DNA of 64,000 nucleotides, taken from the IMG/VR virus record IMGVR_UViG_3300020438_005037, positions 6,010 through 70,009 of that record; one strand, written 5' to 3'. The DNA is from a virus. The notes beneath the pieces are model-generated. The model saw only the letters and a list, made by a program, of their open reading frames with translations, had not been told where the DNA came from and searched no databases. The position numbers and the translations under genes were made by a program. Positions 1 to 9,204 of this stretch are shown in pieces (position 1 is the first letter of the stretch; each line of letters begins with the position of its first letter).

Positions 1-68
1 CTTTAGCTATTACACTAAAATTTATTAGCGTAATTGCATTTAGCTCTATATATTACTAAAAGGAAAAT

Positions 69-1124
69 ATGAATAAATTTTGTTTGTTACTTGTGTCATT
101 TATTGCATATGCATTTGTAAACTTAGGTTATGCAGATACTCCAAGAGTAGCTTTTGTATATGTAGGACCAGTAGGGGACGGTGGTTGGACTTATGCGCAC
201 GATCTAGGTCGAAAAGAGTTGGAGAGCATGGGTGTAGAAACTACATATGTTGAGAGTGTGCCAGAAACTGATGCAGCTCGAGTGATTCGTAATTTAGCAA
301 GACGCGACTATGATATTATCTTTACCACAAGTTTTGGATATATGGAAGATACTTTGAAAATTGCAAAGCAGTTTCCAGACACTGTTTTTATGCACTGCAG
401 TGGTTTTAAATTGTCAGATAACATGGGTAATTATTTTGCAAGGATGTATCAAGCAAGATATCTCGTTGGAATGGTTGCAGGGTTGACAACCAAGACAGAT
501 AGAATTGGTGTTATTGGTAGTTTTCCAATTCCTGAAATTATTAGGCATATCAACGCTTTCACACTTGGTGCTAGGAGTGTGAATAAAAATGCTGAAGTGC
601 AAGTATTGTGGGTGAATTCATGGTTTGATCCCAGTAAGGAAGGCGCTGCTGCAAATACATTATTTGACAACGGCGCAGATGTAGTAACAATTACAACCGA
701 TAGTGCGGCTGCTACCCAAACGGCAGCTAAGAGGGGTCTCTATGCAATTGGCAACGACAGTGATATGAGTTTGTATGGACCTGATGCTCATTTGACTGCA
801 AATGTTTACAATTGGGGAACATATTACAAGCATGTTTGGACACAAGTGAGAGAAGGTAAATGGACATCAAGCAGCGACTGGTGGCATATGAATACTGGCA
901 TTGTGGATATTAGTCCATTTGGTGACATGGTCCCACAGTCTACTCAAGATGTTGTTAACAGTGTAAAAGCTGATATTAACAGAGGTCGTTTTAATGTTTT
1001 TGCAGGACCAATTTACAATCGAGATGGAACTCTTGCAGTTAAAGTCGGGCAAGCGCCTACAGACCAAGAATTGCTGAGTATGGATTATTTTGTTGAAGGT
1101 GTTTTGGGGGATCTACCTAAATAA
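69..1124 (+). CDS. BMP-family ABC transporter substrate-binding protein (purine/nucleoside-binding type)
   Basis: Signal peptide; AFVYVGPVGDGGWTYAHD, IFTTSFGY, PIPEIIRHINAFTLGA, WFDPSKE motifs of BMP/PnrA-like proteins. Confidence 0.9.
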   Translation: MNKFCLLLVSFIAYAFVNLGYADTPRVAFVYVGPVGDGGWTYAHDLGRKELESMGVETTYVESVPETDAARVIRNLARRDYDIIFTTSFGYMEDTLKIAKQFPDTVFMHCSGFKLSDNMGNYFARMYQARYLVGMVAGLTTKTDRIGVIGSFPIPEIIRHINAFTLGARSVNKNAEVQVLWVNSWFDPSKEGAAANTLFDNGADVVTITTDSAAATQTAAKRGLYAIGNDSDMSLYGPDAHLTANVYNWGTYYKHVWTQVREGKWTSSSDWWHMNTGIVDISPFGDMVPQSTQDVVNSVKADINRGRFNVFAGPIYNRDGTLAVKVGQAPTDQELLSMDYFVEGVLGDLPK

Positions 1125-1129
1125 TGTTT

Positions 1130-1158
1130 TTATAGAGAGATATTATCTCTCTCTATAA
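1130..1158 (+). terminator. Hairpin, probable intrinsic terminator
   Basis: TTATAGAGAGA / TCTCTCTATAA 11-bp inverted repeat right after the BMP stop codon, followed by GTTT. Confidence 0.6.
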
Positions 1159-1184
1159 GTTTAATCTAAATTAAGTAAATATCT

Positions 1185-1493
1185 ATGAAAATGCTTACAA
1201 CCTTATTAACAGCATTTTTAATATCATCTGTAACATATGCCGATAACAAGACTGATAATCTTAGTGTTACCTTTGAGACTGAAGAAGAATTTTTTGAACA
1301 TCTGATACATAGGAGCATAGATTTATACGTTCCTAAGACAAAAGTGAATGTTGGTTTACAGGATTTATTTTATCAAGAACAGTTATCTATCACAGTGAAT
1401 TTGAAAGACGCACAGATTAAATTTTATGCTCCGTTTGGCGTTTTACAAGAAGAATTTAACGGATCATTTTTTGCATTTGAGTTTAAATTTTAA
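1185..1493 (+). CDS. Secreted hypothetical protein
   Basis: Signal peptide ending in VTYA; C-terminus FAFEFKF; TAAATA at 1176-1181. Confidence 0.7.
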   Translation: MKMLTTLLTAFLISSVTYADNKTDNLSVTFETEEEFFEHLIHRSIDLYVPKTKVNVGLQDLFYQEQLSITVNLKDAQIKFYAPFGVLQEEFNGSFFAFEFKF

Positions 1494-1504
1494 AGGAGAG
1501 ACTA

Positions 1505-2470
1505 ATGGATGCAACATTACTCTATACAATTGTTGGATTTACGCTTGCAAGTTACTCGGTTATCGCTAACGATTCCGTTCAGACATTGGGTACTTGGATA
1601 GCTTCAAATTCTAACAAATTTAAATGGTATTACATGTGGATGGCAGCAAGTTTAGTGCTGTTATTTACACTATGGTATGGTTGGTTTGTTAATAACGGTG
1701 ACATATCATACGGCAGACTAACAAAAATTCCTTACCAAACAGTAGAATGGTATCATGCGGTAGCACCTATGATACTTGTAGCACTAACTAGATTTGGTGT
1801 TCCTGTATCAACTACATTTTTAGTGCTATCTGCTTTTGCAAGTACAGTTGTTTTGGAAAAAGTGCTGTTGAAATCAGCCATGGGATATATGGTTGCTGCA
1901 GCGGCCGCATATTTGATCTGGTTAGCAGTATCTAAATTTTGGGAAACTAAAAAAGAAATACCCGAGTCACATGAAAAATGGTGGAGGGTTGCACAGTGGT
2001 GTACAACAGGTTGGTTGTGGTTTACATGGTTAAGTCATGATATGGCAAACATTGCTGTCTTTTTACCGAGACAGATATCTGTTGAAATTATGTTGCTAAT
2101 TAGTGGAGTATTCGTAATAGGATTAGCATATATGTTTCATGAAAAGGGTGGTAAGATACAGGAAATTGTGCTTAGTAAAACAAATGTAAGTTATGTACGG
2201 TCTGCTACTTTGGTAGATTTAATTTACTCAATAATATTATGGTATTTTAAAGGATATAATAACATTCCTATGTCAACAACTTGGGTTTTTGTGGGGTTAC
2301 TAGCAGGGAGGGAACTTGCATTTGCGACAATAAATGGAAAATACAAGTTTAAGACTGTTTTTCCTTTAGTAGGCCGTGACTTTTTTAAAATGATGATAGG
2401 ATTGGCTCTGTCAGTTGCAATTGTTCTTGCTATCCATGGATTTGCATTTGACGGATTTGCTAACTACTAA
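1505..2470 (+). CDS. Divergent PiT-like (phosphate/sulfate permease-like) membrane transporter
   Basis: Multi-TM; two half-repeats IANDSVQ...PVSTT and SHDMAN...PMSTT resembling PiT GANDxAN/PVSTTH signatures; SD AAGGAG. Confidence 0.65.
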   Translation: MDATLLYTIVGFTLASYSVIANDSVQTLGTWIASNSNKFKWYYMWMAASLVLLFTLWYGWFVNNGDISYGRLTKIPYQTVEWYHAVAPMILVALTRFGVPVSTTFLVLSAFASTVVLEKVLLKSAMGYMVAAAAAYLIWLAVSKFWETKKEIPESHEKWWRVAQWCTTGWLWFTWLSHDMANIAVFLPRQISVEIMLLISGVFVIGLAYMFHEKGGKIQEIVLSKTNVSYVRSATLVDLIYSIILWYFKGYNNIPMSTTWVFVGLLAGRELAFATINGKYKFKTVFPLVGRDFFKMMIGLALSVAIVLAIHGFAFDGFANY

Positions 2471-2484
2471 ATTTCAAGTTGGTT

Positions 2485-2500
2485 GGGAGTTCTAACTCCC
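2485..2500 (+). terminator. Hairpin, possible terminator
   Basis: GGGAGT-TCTA-ACTCCC downstream of the permease stop codon. Confidence 0.5.
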
Positions 2501-2526
2501 CTTATGGTATATATTTTTGCAAATTT

Positions 2527-2534
2527 TATAAATA
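2527..2534 (+). promoter_or_regulatory. T4-type late promoter
   Basis: Exact TATAAATA in an intergenic region upstream of small ORFs. Confidence 0.55.
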
Positions 2535-2592
2535 CATCACTACACTTATTTTAACAAGTTTAGTTACAATTATCACTTTTTAATGGGAAAAA

Positions 2593-2688
2593 ATGAAATA
2601 TTTAGTTGTGTTTCTTTTGCTGATTGCCGTAGGTTTTATAACAGTAAGAGAAAAAATAAAGCCACGGAAAATTAGCAATAATGATTGA
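2593..2688 (+). CDS. 31-aa single-TM peptide
   Basis: MKYLVVFLLLIAVGFITVREKIKPRKISNND; read manually, below the track cutoff. Confidence 0.5.
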   Translation: MKYLVVFLLLIAVGFITVREKIKPRKISNND

Positions 2689-2776
2689 AATTTTATTCTT
2701 ACTTGCCTTCAATATACTGCTGGGTATAAGTGCTCTAGCAGCTTACATATTAGTATTTGACGAAATCAACAATTAA
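2681..2776 (+). CDS. 31-aa single-TM peptide
   Basis: MIEILFLLAFNILLGISALAAYILVFDEINN; overlaps the previous stop. Confidence 0.5.
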   Translation: MIEILFLLAFNILLGISALAAYILVFDEINN

Positions 2777-2790
2777 TCCATAAAGGTTAT

Positions 2791-2967
2791 GTGTTTAACA
2801 TAGTGTTTGGTGGTTTATTATTTTTAGTAGTAGGTTTAGGTATTTGTCTTGTACTTACTTTTTTTGTGTTATGGCCTATGAGACAAAAACATTTACATGA
2901 CTATTGGTGCCATCGCAGCAACATTCCGATTGGGGAGGATCATGGCAATCAAGAACCGCATGTATAA
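2791..2967 (+). CDS. 58-aa single-TM protein (GTG start)
   Basis: AAGG upstream; MFNIVFGGLLFLVVGLGICLVLTFFVLWPMRQKHLHDYWCH... Confidence 0.45.
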   Translation: MFNIVFGGLLFLVVGLGICLVLTFFVLWPMRQKHLHDYWCHRSNIPIGEDHGNQEPHV

Positions 2968-3154
2968 TTTTGTTGATTCATGTATGCATAGATTGCCATG
3001 CACGATCTATGTCAAACCAATCATAAGGAAAGTCCTAGTGATTTTATTTTTCTGGGGTGCTCTTTTGAATGCTGTAGTGTTCATGCTGTTATACATAACA
3101 CTTTATTATGGATATGATATTTTTGGGCTTAAAGAATTTATAAAACATACATGA
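2942..3154 (+). CDS. Small membrane protein
   Basis: Hydrophobic C-terminal half; GGAGG upstream of ATG 2942; start uncertain (track start 2897). Confidence 0.5.
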   Translation: MAIKNRMYNFVDSCMHRLPCTIYVKPIIRKVLVILFFWGALLNAVVFMLLYITLYYGYDIFGLKEFIKHT

Positions 3155-3169
3155 TTTTCCAAGGTAAAT

Positions 3170-3376
3170 ATGTTTGATAATCCCGAAATGATGCTTGGTT
3201 TTGGATGGGCCTTAGGTATAGTTGCTGGTATCAACATTGCTCGATTTTGTTGGCCAGACGAAGGCACTTGGTTAGGCGAATTAAGGCAGAAAGAAAAAGA
3301 TCTTTGGATGAGAATCCGAGAATTAGAACAGAGAGAACACACACTTACACATGGAAAAAAAGAAAGAAAATCATAA
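3170..3376 (+). CDS. Small single-TM, coiled-coil protein
   Basis: TM segment followed by a charged helical tail. Confidence 0.6.
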   Translation: MFDNPEMMLGFGWALGIVAGINIARFCWPDEGTWLGELRQKEKDLWMRIRELEQREHTLTHGKKERKS

Positions 3377-3794
3377 CAGACTGTTTATCCGCACTATCAC
3401 ATATCAAATATGTGTGATGACCACTTTAGGAATAACAGGCGTTATAGTGAATGTATCTAAAGAACAGATATTACTAATGATTTTATCTGGTTTGATAGTT
3501 GGTTGGCTTATGTATTTTGTACATGAAGGCATATGGAATCAGATAAATTGGCAGAGAGGCAAAGACAAAGATTCTAAAATTAGATCAATTACTAAAATTT
3601 TCACTTGGAGAATTATTACTATAGGTACAGTTTTTGTAAGTGCAATTTTATTTAATATGACAACATCAGAGAGCACTAGCTATACCGTGTTATTTAACAT
3701 AACAATTATTTTAGTACAATATGTACATGAAAGAGTTTGGAATAATTTTACCTGGGGTAAAATCAAGATAAATATCGAAAAGGAGAACATATGA
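3351..3794 (+). CDS. DUF2061-like membrane protein with two repeats
   Basis: Two copies of R..(K/R)..T(W/Y)R/Q...Y.HE..W....W. Confidence 0.7.
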   Translation: MEKKKENHNRLFIRTITYQICVMTTLGITGVIVNVSKEQILLMILSGLIVGWLMYFVHEGIWNQINWQRGKDKDSKIRSITKIFTWRIITIGTVFVSAILFNMTTSESTSYTVLFNITIILVQYVHERVWNNFTWGKIKINIEKENI

Positions 3795-4213
3795 CGATTA
3801 TGCAACGTCCGGACAAAATACCTGCAGGTCCGACCGAAGGCAGATTTTTTGCTTTATTTGCGATAGGTGGATTTGACGTACAATCATATCCTAACTACCA
3901 GCACTTCGTAGTAAGATTTTTCCTAGTCAAATACAATAAATGGTATGGTTCATTGTTTGAATTACATTGCACAAAAAAAGACAATGCTGTCAAATGCAAC
4001 TACTTTGATTTTTTGTTTTTAAATTATTATTACAAGAAGATACATAACGATTCTGCACTTAGTGCTATGGTTATGAAATTATTTATTCCATGGACACTTT
4101 TAGATAAAGCCTGTGCAAATTTTACATCTAGTAGTTTTTGGAAAAAACTTGATACTATCTTCCCTTCTGCATATAAACGTAAAAAACATAATACAGGTAA
4201 AAAAAGTATATAA
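3791..4213 (+). CDS. Hypothetical protein
   Basis: SD AAGGAG; ATAAATA at 3768-3774. Confidence 0.65.
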   Translation: MTIMQRPDKIPAGPTEGRFFALFAIGGFDVQSYPNYQHFVVRFFLVKYNKWYGSLFELHCTKKDNAVKCNYFDFLFLNYYYKKIHNDSALSAMVMKLFIPWTLLDKACANFTSSSFWKKLDTIFPSAYKRKKHNTGKKSI

Positions 4214-4285
4214 TGGACAATCTTCAAAAAACACTATACGAAGTAAAAGAATTATTAAATAGCATAAATTATCCAAAAAAGGAAT

Positions 4286-4621
4286 ATGAAAAATCTAGTT
4301 CTATTGTTGGTTATAGCAATAAGTCTTACCATGTGCAACACTCCCAGCCCTGCACAACACATGTGGCCCCCATACGAAAAACAAAATTTTAAAGAACAGT
4401 GTTTGAATGGGTTGAAAGATGATGTATCTTTGCGATCAGCATTTACTTATAATATGTTACGTGAGATCTGTAATTGTGCTGCTGATCAATGGGAATCAAA
4501 ATACGACTGGGAATCATTTGCTCAAATTTCAACACCGCCCTTGAGTAAAGAAGCAGAAGAACACTTCTTCAACACGTCATATGCCTGTGCTTTACAGACT
4601 TTACATAAATTCAAAGTATAA
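4286..4621 (+). CDS. Putative Cys-containing lipoprotein
   Basis: Signal MKNLVLLLVIAISLTM-C; SD AAGGA. Confidence 0.7.
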   Translation: MKNLVLLLVIAISLTMCNTPSPAQHMWPPYEKQNFKEQCLNGLKDDVSLRSAFTYNMLREICNCAADQWESKYDWESFAQISTPPLSKEAEEHFFNTSYACALQTLHKFKV

Positions 4622-4626
4622 GTTTA

Positions 4627-4655
4627 TTGACATTTAAAAAAATATCTGTTATAGT
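4627..4655 (+). promoter_or_regulatory. Sigma70-type promoter
   Basis: TTGACA-17 nt-TATAGT with extended TG. Confidence 0.75.
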
Positions 4656-4684
4656 ATATTATCACCCAAGCCCTAATGGTATAT

Positions 4685-5026
4685 ATGAAGAAATTTATCT
4701 GTAGTCTTGCAGCAAGTGTGATTGCGTTTACCACATACGCTGCCTGGAGTCCTATTGAAAGGAATACATACTTTGAAGACATGTTCCATGTAACAATTGA
4801 GTATGATACTTACGGAACCTTTCTAGATACTATAGGGACTATCGACGCAATTAATTGCATTGGGGATTATTATGAAACAAATTATACTTTTGAGGAATGG
4901 CATTTTATTTTTAATACAGGCACTGATAATACCCTAGAAGAGTATTATACTGCTGAGAATATTTGTTTATTAAAAGCTTTAGATTTACAGGATGTTCGAC
5001 GAAATAAATTAAAGGAAAATATATGA
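4685..5026 (+). CDS. Secreted protein, distant paralogue of 4286-4621
   Basis: Signal peptide; shares W.P.E, C..D..E..Y..E and distal C pattern. Confidence 0.65.
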   Translation: MKKFICSLAASVIAFTTYAAWSPIERNTYFEDMFHVTIEYDTYGTFLDTIGTIDAINCIGDYYETNYTFEEWHFIFNTGTDNTLEEYYTAENICLLKALDLQDVRRNKLKENI

Positions 5027-5940
5027 TCACAGAGGGAAAAACAAAAACACTTACAAAATTAACAACTGAACAGGCCGGCGCTATTTGGCAAGCAAAAGAA
5101 CCGCCTTATCCCTATCTAATTAACATAGAAACCAAAAACAGATTAACAGCAAATGATGCAGCTATAGATACCACAGCAGATGTTGCACACTACAAAACAA
5201 ATCAAACTTGTGATATTTTTAGGTTATTAGAGCAAAAAGACATAAAAACTGCTTTTATCTCACAGAAAAATGATAACAACTTTATCGCAAGAGAATGTGA
5301 GATGCTACCTTATGAATGTGTAACAAGACGCATTGCTTTTGGCAGTTTTTTGAAGAGGAACCCAAATATACAGTCTGGTTTTAGATTTGATGACCTATAC
5401 AGTGAATTTTTTTATAAACTTGCTGTAGTTCCAACAAGTGACAAACCAGAAATTATAGATGAATCAAAAGCTAGAGAATTGTATCTACGTGATGGACAAT
5501 GGACACAGCCTGTGTATACTGATCCTTACATTGAGTTTGAAAGCACAGTGACAAATCCTAGTGGATATAATCTATTGTTGCATGATGCAAAAAGTGTACC
5601 AGACGAATCAAAAATTTTAGCATCTGTGCCTTCTTTGATATCCCCATTTGACAAAGAACACATTTTAAAAACTATGCAGAAAGTATTCACAGTGATAGAA
5701 GATGCATGGAAAAATTTTAATGTTGCTCTAGTAGATATGAAAATCGAGTTTGGTAAATGTAAATCAACAGGCAATATATTAGTAGCTGACGTTATTGACA
5801 ATGACAGTTGGCGTATATGGCCTGAGGGCGATCCTAACAAACAACTAGACAAACAAAGTTTTAGAGATGGTGAAAATCTGGATACAGTAACTGCAAAATA
5901 TTATACGGTTTCAGAATACACTAAGCAATTTGCTCAATGA
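5023..5940 (+). CDS. purC: SAICAR synthetase
   Basis: EGKTK, PYECVTRRIAFGSFLKR, LVDMKIEFG, ADVIDNDSWRIW, LDKQSFR. Confidence 0.93.
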   Translation: MITEGKTKTLTKLTTEQAGAIWQAKEPPYPYLINIETKNRLTANDAAIDTTADVAHYKTNQTCDIFRLLEQKDIKTAFISQKNDNNFIARECEMLPYECVTRRIAFGSFLKRNPNIQSGFRFDDLYSEFFYKLAVVPTSDKPEIIDESKARELYLRDGQWTQPVYTDPYIEFESTVTNPSGYNLLLHDAKSVPDESKILASVPSLISPFDKEHILKTMQKVFTVIEDAWKNFNVALVDMKIEFGKCKSTGNILVADVIDNDSWRIWPEGDPNKQLDKQSFRDGENLDTVTAKYYTVSEYTKQFAQ

Positions 5941-6638
5941 CTTATTACATAGCGGCGCCTTTTGGTAATTATTTAAAAACAAAAAAAACCAGAAGTGTTG
6001 TAGGCAGTTTTACTTTAGAACGGCGAACAGGTTTACTAAAGCAAATTGCAAGCACACTAAGATATAGAAATGGTATCTGGTATAATGCTTTAGGATTAAG
6101 AAATCCTGGTATAGAGTTTGGGTTGAAGTATTATTACAGAAGTAAGAACGATGTATTGTCATTGGCTGCTGTAGAACCTAAAGACTGGATAGAACTAAGT
6201 AAAATTGTGCCTCCAGATATTGATTTAGAAATTAATATCAGCTGTCCTAATATTGAGCACTTTGATGATTACACACAAGGTGTTGAAAATTTTATAAATG
6301 GTAAAAGAAAAGTAATTGCTAAACTTGCTCCTGGTACAGAAATTGCCACCGTAGGAGCTTTAATAGATCTTGGATTTACTAGTTTTCATTGTTGCAATAC
6401 TTTGCCGACAGAACATGGAGGCATGAGCGGTAGGAAACTTCGTCCGTATGTTGTAAATTTATGCACCGTGATAAAATCTCTAGCACCAGATGCAGAAATT
6501 ATTGCAGGAGGAGGTATCTATGATACACATGACGTTATCCATTATAAAAACTTCGGTGCAACCAGTTACAGTTTAGGCACAGTATGTTTCCATCCTATAA
6601 AATTCTATAAATTAATAAAGGATATACGTGAATTATAA
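5937..6638 (+). CDS. pyrD: Compact dihydroorotate dehydrogenase-like FMN enzyme
   Basis: NALGLRNPG, EINISCPN, KLAP, NTLP, GGMSG, IIAGGGI; only 233 aa. Confidence 0.75.
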   Translation: MTYYIAAPFGNYLKTKKTRSVVGSFTLERRTGLLKQIASTLRYRNGIWYNALGLRNPGIEFGLKYYYRSKNDVLSLAAVEPKDWIELSKIVPPDIDLEINISCPNIEHFDDYTQGVENFINGKRKVIAKLAPGTEIATVGALIDLGFTSFHCCNTLPTEHGGMSGRKLRPYVVNLCTVIKSLAPDAEIIAGGGIYDTHDVIHYKNFGATSYSLGTVCFHPIKFYKLIKDIREL

Positions 6639-7563
6639 AACAGCAGGCGTAAATATAGACTTAGCAGATAGTTTAATTAATAAAATTAGTTCAAAATCAG
6701 ATCAGATAGGAAAATTTGCTGCTAATTTTACCTTGGACAAAAAATTAAACAGAGAGTTAGTTGCAAGTTGTGACGGCGTCGGCACAAAGATCTTACTGGC
6801 TTTAGAAGCTAAAAGGAAGTACAATCGTAGTTTGAAAAGCATAGGTCAAGATTGTGTTGCAATGGTAATAAATGACATACTTTGTGAAAATGCTGAACCA
6901 TTATTTTTTATGGATTATCTAAGCACTAGCAAATTAAATGAATCTGATTATTTGGATATCATACAAGGTATCCAGGATGCCTGTGAATATGTAGATATTC
7001 CACTAATAGGTGGCGAAACGGCTGAACTTCCGGGCATGTTTACCGAAGGTAGTGTTGATGTTTGTGGTTTTGCAGTAGGCACCAAACATTTCCTTGATTT
7101 TTCTAAAGTTGAATTAGGTGACATAGTAATAGGCATTCACAGCACCGGTGTGCACAGTAATGGCTTTAGTTTGGTGAGAAAGTTGCTTCAAGAATATCCA
7201 GTCTGTGATGAACACATGGAACAACTTCTAGAGCCTACACAATTATATCATAATCATATTAAGATGTTACGGTCAAATTTTGTTGATATAAAAGCTATTG
7301 CACATATCACTGGCGGTGGGTTTAGTAATATCAATAGAGTATTGTCCAAGTTAGTCACAGTTCAATATACAAATACTGATCCATTTTACGAGCATGAAGA
7401 GATATTCAAATGGATCCAAAATAAAAGTCAATTATCTAACATTGAAATGCAAAATACTTTTAATTGTGGGATAGGCATGATGGTTGTAATACCTGCAACT
7501 AGACTTAAAGATATACCATTTTCAGATTATTCTGTACTTGGCAAAATAATACCTTGTTCATAG
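6628..7563 (+). CDS. purM: AIR synthetase (phosphoribosylformylglycinamidine cyclo-ligase)
   Basis: YKTAGVNID, DGVGTK, GGETAELPG, GVHSNGFSLVRK, HITGGG, TFNCGIGM. Confidence 0.95.
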   Translation: MNYKTAGVNIDLADSLINKISSKSDQIGKFAANFTLDKKLNRELVASCDGVGTKILLALEAKRKYNRSLKSIGQDCVAMVINDILCENAEPLFFMDYLSTSKLNESDYLDIIQGIQDACEYVDIPLIGGETAELPGMFTEGSVDVCGFAVGTKHFLDFSKVELGDIVIGIHSTGVHSNGFSLVRKLLQEYPVCDEHMEQLLEPTQLYHNHIKMLRSNFVDIKAIAHITGGGFSNINRVLSKLVTVQYTNTDPFYEHEEIFKWIQNKSQLSNIEMQNTFNCGIGMMVVIPATRLKDIPFSDYSVLGKIIPCS

Positions 7564-7572
7564 GAGACCTTA

Positions 7573-8625
7573 ATGCGTATTGAAGAAGATAGAAAATTAG
7601 ATTTCCAGGATGTTTTACTTAAACCAAAACGCTCAAAATTAACTTCAAGGAAAGATGTAGATCTTACCCGTGAATTTAAATTTGCTAGTAATGCTAAATG
7701 GTCTGGTGTACCCGTAATTGCAAGCAACATGGACGGAGTTGGTACGTTTAGCATGGCTAAAATACTGCAACAGTTCAAAATGCTTACAGTGCTACGAAAG
7801 CATTACACAATTGATGATTGGACTAATGCTATGGAAAACGGCGTACAGAGTGAGTATGTGAGTGTTTGTGTCGGCACTGGCCGTATATGGGACAAAGATG
7901 CTGACGATTGGAAAACACTGCAAGCAGTATTGGCGAAATACCCGACCATTCCGTTTATCTGTGTTGATGTAGCAAATGGCTATCATGAAAATTATTCGCA
8001 GTTTGTAAGTCGTCTAAGAGACAAATATCCTAGCAAAATAATCATTGCTGGTAACGTAATTACTAGCGAGATGACAGAAGAATTAATTATACGTGGAGCA
8101 GATATAGTTAAGTGCGGAATTGGTCCCGGAAGTGTTTGCACAACTAGAATTATGACAGGAGTAGGTGTACCGCAACTGTCTGGCATTATAGAATGTGCTG
8201 ATGCTGCAAATGGAGTCGGCGGACATATTATTGCAGACGGAGGCTGTATATATCCAGGTGATGTAGCAAAGGCATTTGCTGCTGGTGCACATTTTGTGAT
8301 GCTTGGCGGTATGCTAGCAGGACATGATGAATCTGAAATTGAAACAAAAGAAAACAAGATTCAATTCTATGGTATGAGTTCGGACACTGCAATGGAAAGA
8401 TATGGATCTCGAAAAGATGGCTATAGGGGAGCGGAAGGGAAAATAGTTACACTTCCTTATAGAGGTCCAGTCGCAAGGACTGTTGAAGAAATATTAGGTG
8501 GTGTACGGAGTGCTGCTACTTATATCGGTGCGCAACGAATTAAAGATATGCCTAAATGTGCTACCTTTGTAAAAGTTCATAATGTAGTGAATCGCGTGTT
8601 TGATAATTTTGAAAACAATGTATAG
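7573..8625 (+). CDS. guaC: GMP reductase
   Basis: MRIEEDRKLDFQDVLLKPKRS, DVANGY, GIGPGSVCTTR, FYGMSS, GGVRSAATYIGA. Confidence 0.95.
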   Translation: MRIEEDRKLDFQDVLLKPKRSKLTSRKDVDLTREFKFASNAKWSGVPVIASNMDGVGTFSMAKILQQFKMLTVLRKHYTIDDWTNAMENGVQSEYVSVCVGTGRIWDKDADDWKTLQAVLAKYPTIPFICVDVANGYHENYSQFVSRLRDKYPSKIIIAGNVITSEMTEELIIRGADIVKCGIGPGSVCTTRIMTGVGVPQLSGIIECADAANGVGGHIIADGGCIYPGDVAKAFAAGAHFVMLGGMLAGHDESEIETKENKIQFYGMSSDTAMERYGSRKDGYRGAEGKIVTLPYRGPVARTVEEILGGVRSAATYIGAQRIKDMPKCATFVKVHNVVNRVFDNFENNV

Positions 8626-8842
8626 TATATTAGAATTTAACAGCAATGAAAAAATCATCGGTTGTGTAAATTTTGATAAACTTAACGCTGATTCTGCATT
8701 AGAAATGTATTGGAATTATAAACTTCCTGATAATATAAATAAGTTTAATATAGATTATATATCAACAAAAAAAATTTATTACAATTTATCAAATAAGTTC
8801 CCTGCAAGAACATTTGAAATAAAACCATTATTGCCAAGGTAG
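8618..8842 (+). CDS. Hypothetical protein
   Basis: ORF coupled to the guaC stop; ATG 8618 preferred. Confidence 0.5.
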   Translation: MYSILEFNSNEKIIGCVNFDKLNADSALEMYWNYKLPDNINKFNIDYISTKKIYYNLSNKFPARTFEIKPLLPR

Positions 8843-8846
8843 TGCT

Positions 8847-9044
8847 ATGAAAAATAGACAAGTAAGTAAAATAATTTATTTGCAAGCTAAAAATCTTAAA
8901 GGAATACCAAAAGATCATATAGTTTACATACATTGGAAAGACAATTATCCACTAGTCTTACCAAAGAAAGAATCTGGTTTTGAATGGATAAACTCAGTAA
9001 AATTGTCCTCAATTTTAGAAAAAAGATATATATTAGCTGCATAA
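8847..9044 (+). CDS. Hypothetical protein
   Basis: Co-oriented ORF with AAGGT upstream. Confidence 0.5.
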   Translation: MKNRQVSKIIYLQAKNLKGIPKDHIVYIHWKDNYPLVLPKKESGFEWINSVKLSSILEKRYILAA

Positions 9045-9054
9045 TTAGATAAAC

Positions 9055-9204
9055 ATGGAAGAAACAATTTCAGATTGCATTTTAATCAAACTCCAATCAG
9101 CCCGGAAGAGATATGACTGGACGGCATATTATCAGTATCTCCATGACTACTGTGTCTTTCAAATAAACCAAAGAAAAAAAATTATTGACAATAAGATCAA
9201 TTGA
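9055..9204 (+). CDS. 49-aa hypothetical protein
   Basis: MEETISDCILIKLQSARKRYDWTAYYQYLHDY...; fills the gap; read manually. Confidence 0.4.
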   Translation: MEETISDCILIKLQSARKRYDWTAYYQYLHDYCVFQINQRKKIIDNKIN

